This document shows positions 8,530 to 11,764 of a DNA stretch of 11,764 bases, one piece after another; positions within the stretch are counted from its first letter, which is position 1, and the number at the start of each line of letters is the position of its first letter. A program made the translations under genes and the position numbers. The DNA is from Pseudomonadota bacterium (GTDB lineage: Bacteria; Bdellovibrionota_G; JALEGL01; DATDPG01): positions 1 through 11,764 of the forward strand of contig JAZDIZ010000134.1 in NCBI GenBank assembly GCA_043804515.1. Direction: 5' to 3'. A model generated the notes under the pieces. That model was not told the origin of the DNA. It was given only the letters and a program-made list of their open reading frames with translations, and ran no database searches.

Positions 8530-9300
8530 CTACTCTCTTATGGGATGAAAGGGGAAGAAGAAGGAAACACCCAGCGAGTACTGCTGGTTGTTCACAATCT
8601 CCGAGAACGGCGCTTTTTCCTGCACCGTGTAGTTCCGGATGTCGACGTTCACCGCCATCCAGTCGTTCATGAAGATCTTCCCTCCGATTCCCACGGCGAA
8701 CGCGAGCCGGTTCGAATTGTGGTTTTGGTACATTCCAACGCCGGCGTTCAGGTTGAGGTCGAAGTGGAAGATCTTCTTCGAGAAGATCGCCAGCTTCCCG
8801 TAAATCGGGGACCAGATCAGGGTCCCGAAATAGACGTTCTTGATCGGGTCGGGGGGGTTCTGAAGCTCCACGCCGCAGTTCGTAACCTCTGTATACGTGC
8901 CATCGTCATTCTTCGTGTAGAACGGATCGGCAGGGCACGGGATATTGCGCAAGTCGTTGATGATGGCTTTCTCCTGGTGGAACGCGTGCTGATAGCTGGC
9001 CTCGAACGCGACTCCCTCGTTGAGGTGGTACGCGTACCTCACGCCCATCATCTCGTACATGATGAACGTGTTGTTCGGAATCACGCCGCCGTCGATCTTG
9101 AGTTCGTGGCGCCCTCCCTTGAGGAATACGCGCTGTTGGACGACGTCGATCCCCTCCACCCGATAGTCCCCAATCGCATTTTCCTGCTTCCTATCGTCCT
9201 TCTTGGCGGCGTCCTGGGAGAAGCCGGCCTGGGGGAGAAAGGTTAAGGTCACTCCGACCGCAATCACTGCAAACCATTTCTTGGTCATCTTCCTCATCAT
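8530..9300 (-). CDS. Outer-membrane beta-barrel protein of the GltA/GltB (NfsA/B, myxobacterial OMP) family
   Basis: Likely start is ATG 9300 (GGAAGAGA upstream; alternatives 9297 and 9288; the track start at 9369 adds a non-signal extension). Signal peptide ..KKWFAVIAVGVTLTFLPQAGFS|Q. Family-like motifs are IDVVQQRVFLKGGRHEL, WSPIYGKLAIF..FHFDL..GVG and LGVSFFFP. GltA cannot be told from GltB by eye. Confidence 0.8.
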   Translation of the reverse strand: MMRKMTKKWFAVIAVGVTLTFLPQAGFSQDAAKKDDRKQENAIGDYRVEGIDVVQQRVFLKGGRHELKIDGGVIPNNTFIMYEMMGVRYAYHLNEGVAFEASYQHAFHQEKAIINDLRNIPCPADPFYTKNDDGTYTEVTNCGVELQNPPDPIKNVYFGTLIWSPIYGKLAIFSKKIFHFDLNLNAGVGMYQNHNSNRLAFAVGIGGKIFMNDWMAVNVDIRNYTVQEKAPFSEIVNNQQYSLGVSFFFPFHPIRE

Positions 9301-9390
9301 TCTCTTCCAATGGCTAGGGTTATACGGGCGTGTCCCCGGTTTCGTTGAAAGGTTCAATTTCCCAATCATATTAGCTGAATCCGATATTTC

Positions 9391-9419
9391 TTGAAGAAAA
9401 AACGACGGCTTTTCTTCAA
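9391..9419. promoter_or_regulatory. Perfect 10-bp inverted repeat, candidate operator
   Basis: TTGAAGAAAA (9391-9400), a 9-nt spacer, then TTTTCTTCAA (9410-9419). It lies in the AT-rich region about 90 bp upstream of the operon's first ATG. Confidence 0.5.
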
Positions 9420-9601
9420 TAGGTGTTTGATAAGGTTAGAACAACAGGCACTTTCGAATCAATCTTCCATGTGAAGAAGGAAGAAAAGTGTGATTTGAAG
9501 TCGAGACACGCCGCCACAAGAAGGACGGTCCATTACGAGCGGCGAATCCGGATCGTTTCGCCCCCAATGTCGCAAGGCGCGTAGTGTGATCGACCTCGCC
9601 G

Positions 9602-9610
9602 TGCTATAGA
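9602..9610 (+). promoter_or_regulatory. Putative extended -10 promoter for tilS
   Basis: TG-C-TATAGA lies about 20 nt upstream of the tilS ATG and is followed by an AAAGGA RBS (9619-9624). There is no good -35. Confidence 0.35.
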
Positions 9611-9629
9611 CCGGGGCGAAAGGAATCGG

Positions 9630-10676
9630 ATGGAGACCAGCGTAGAAAGCCCACGCTCGGGCGGTCAAAGATACCCGCACAAAGACAAGGGGAAGGGAAG
9701 AACGCACCGGCTCATCCTGCGAAAGGTCAGGGCTGCGCTCGAGGAAATTCCTTCACCAAGCCGCGTTCGGAAGGTTCTGGTGGGAATTTCCGGAGGGGTC
9801 GACTCCGGCGTTCTGCTTCATTTGCTTGCGGACATTCGCACTGATGGCGGCCCGGCTCTTGCGGCGGCCCATGTGCATCACGGCATTCGAGGCGCCGAGG
9901 CGGATCGGGACGCCCGTATCGCCGAGCGCGTGGCCACCGGGCACGGGGTGGAATTCCACGTCGTCCGTATCCGCCCTCCCAAGGGATCCCGCACTCCGGA
10001 ACATGTTCTTAGGGAACTGCGCCTGGCGGCCCTGGAAAGAACGGCGCGCCGCATCGGCGCCGACCGGATTGTCTTGGCCCACCATCGGGACGATCAGGCG
10101 GAAACCTTGCTGCTCCGTCTTTTCACGGGAACGGACCTCCGCGGTCTCGCATCGATCCGTCCCTATCGCGCCCCTCTTTGGGTCCGGCCGCTGTTGGACG
10201 TGTCCCGAGCCGAGATCGAGCGGGAAGCCGAACTTTGCCATATCCCCTATGGCACCGATTCCACAAACCTCTCCACCCGTCCGAGGCGGAATTTTCTCCG
10301 CCGGAGGCTTCTCCCCATCCTAAGAGCCGAGTTCAATCCCCGGATCTCGCAACATCTATCGGCTCTGGCCGAATCGATCTCCAAAGTGAATGATTTGCTG
10401 GAATGCCAGGCGGCCGCGGCACTTCGGAAGGCTCTCGTGGGCCGTGGGCGCTATGATGTAACGAGGCTCCGCGCGCTCCCCGACGCCCTGCGTTTTGTAG
10501 CCCTTCAGCTGGCCTACCGCGCCGAGGCGGGGGAAGGCTCCGCGCTTCGCCGTGTGCAGTTGAGGACCGTTGATTCTCTGGTCCGGACGGACGGACGGGA
10601 ACGTTTCTTCAAGCTTCCCAAGGGGGTCTCAGTCCGGCGGGCGAAAAAATGGATCCGGTTCGGCCGGAACGATTGA
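9630..10676 (+). CDS. tilS: tRNA(Ile)-lysidine synthetase (short form, apparently lacking the distal C-terminal domain)
   Basis: PP-loop VGISGGVDS, plus HVHHGIRG, LAHHRDDQAETLLLRL, VRPLL and DSTN...RRNFLRR motifs. RBS AAAGGA. It lies upstream of ftsH, the conserved tilS-(hpt)-ftsH synteny. Confidence 0.95.
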   Translation: METSVESPRSGGQRYPHKDKGKGRTHRLILRKVRAALEEIPSPSRVRKVLVGISGGVDSGVLLHLLADIRTDGGPALAAAHVHHGIRGAEADRDARIAERVATGHGVEFHVVRIRPPKGSRTPEHVLRELRLAALERTARRIGADRIVLAHHRDDQAETLLLRLFTGTDLRGLASIRPYRAPLWVRPLLDVSRAEIEREAELCHIPYGTDSTNLSTRPRRNFLRRRLLPILRAEFNPRISQHLSALAESISKVNDLLECQAAAALRKALVGRGRYDVTRLRALPDALRFVALQLAYRAEAGEGSALRRVQLRTVDSLVRTDGRERFFKLPKGVSVRRAKKWIRFGRND

Positions 10677-10711
10677 AGATTCAGGGACTTATATGTTAGG
10701 TTGGGCGCGAT

Positions 10712-10735
10712 AGGGCGGGGCGTCCCGCCCTTTTT
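10712..10735 (+). terminator. Intrinsic terminator-like hairpin between tilS and ftsH
   Basis: AGGGCGGG-gcgt-CCCGCCCT forms an 8-bp stem with a 4-nt loop, running into a TTTTT tract (10731-10735). Confidence 0.6.
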
Positions 10736-10754
10736 CAAACCTTCCCGGCGAGGC

Positions 10755-11764
<1,010 letters not shown>

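Noticed and set aside
8461..9246. 261-aa plus-strand ORF
   Set aside because: It is antisense to the beta-barrel gene.
9301..9629. Sigma-54 promoter, c-di-GMP riboswitch or tRNA in the divergent intergenic region; 82-aa ORF 9459-9707
   Set aside because: I could not see a TGGCAC-N5-TTGC, GEMM consensus or cloverleaf on either strand. The ORF overlaps tilS antisense and lacks coding features.

Overview
This is GC-rich bacterial DNA that looks deltaproteobacterial (Myxococcota/Bdellovibrionota-like); that placement is inferred from protein families only. Most of the window (222-9300, minus strand) is one tightly coupled 7-gene operon encoding a Glt/Nfs-type trans-envelope machine. The order is a single GltA/B-like beta-barrel, then GltC, GltD (AgmU), GltE (AglT), GltF (CglF), GltG (PglI) and GltH (CglE). 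This follows the nfsA-H order with one A/B barrel fewer. No AglRQS/TolQR motor, GltI/J/K or CglB adhesin gene lies in the window. A roughly 330-bp divergent intergenic region carrying several inverted repeats separates the operon from tilS (short form) and the 5' part of ftsH (plus strand, truncated by the window end). A terminator-like hairpin sits between tilS and ftsH. All family assignments come from recalled motifs and gene order, not from database searches.
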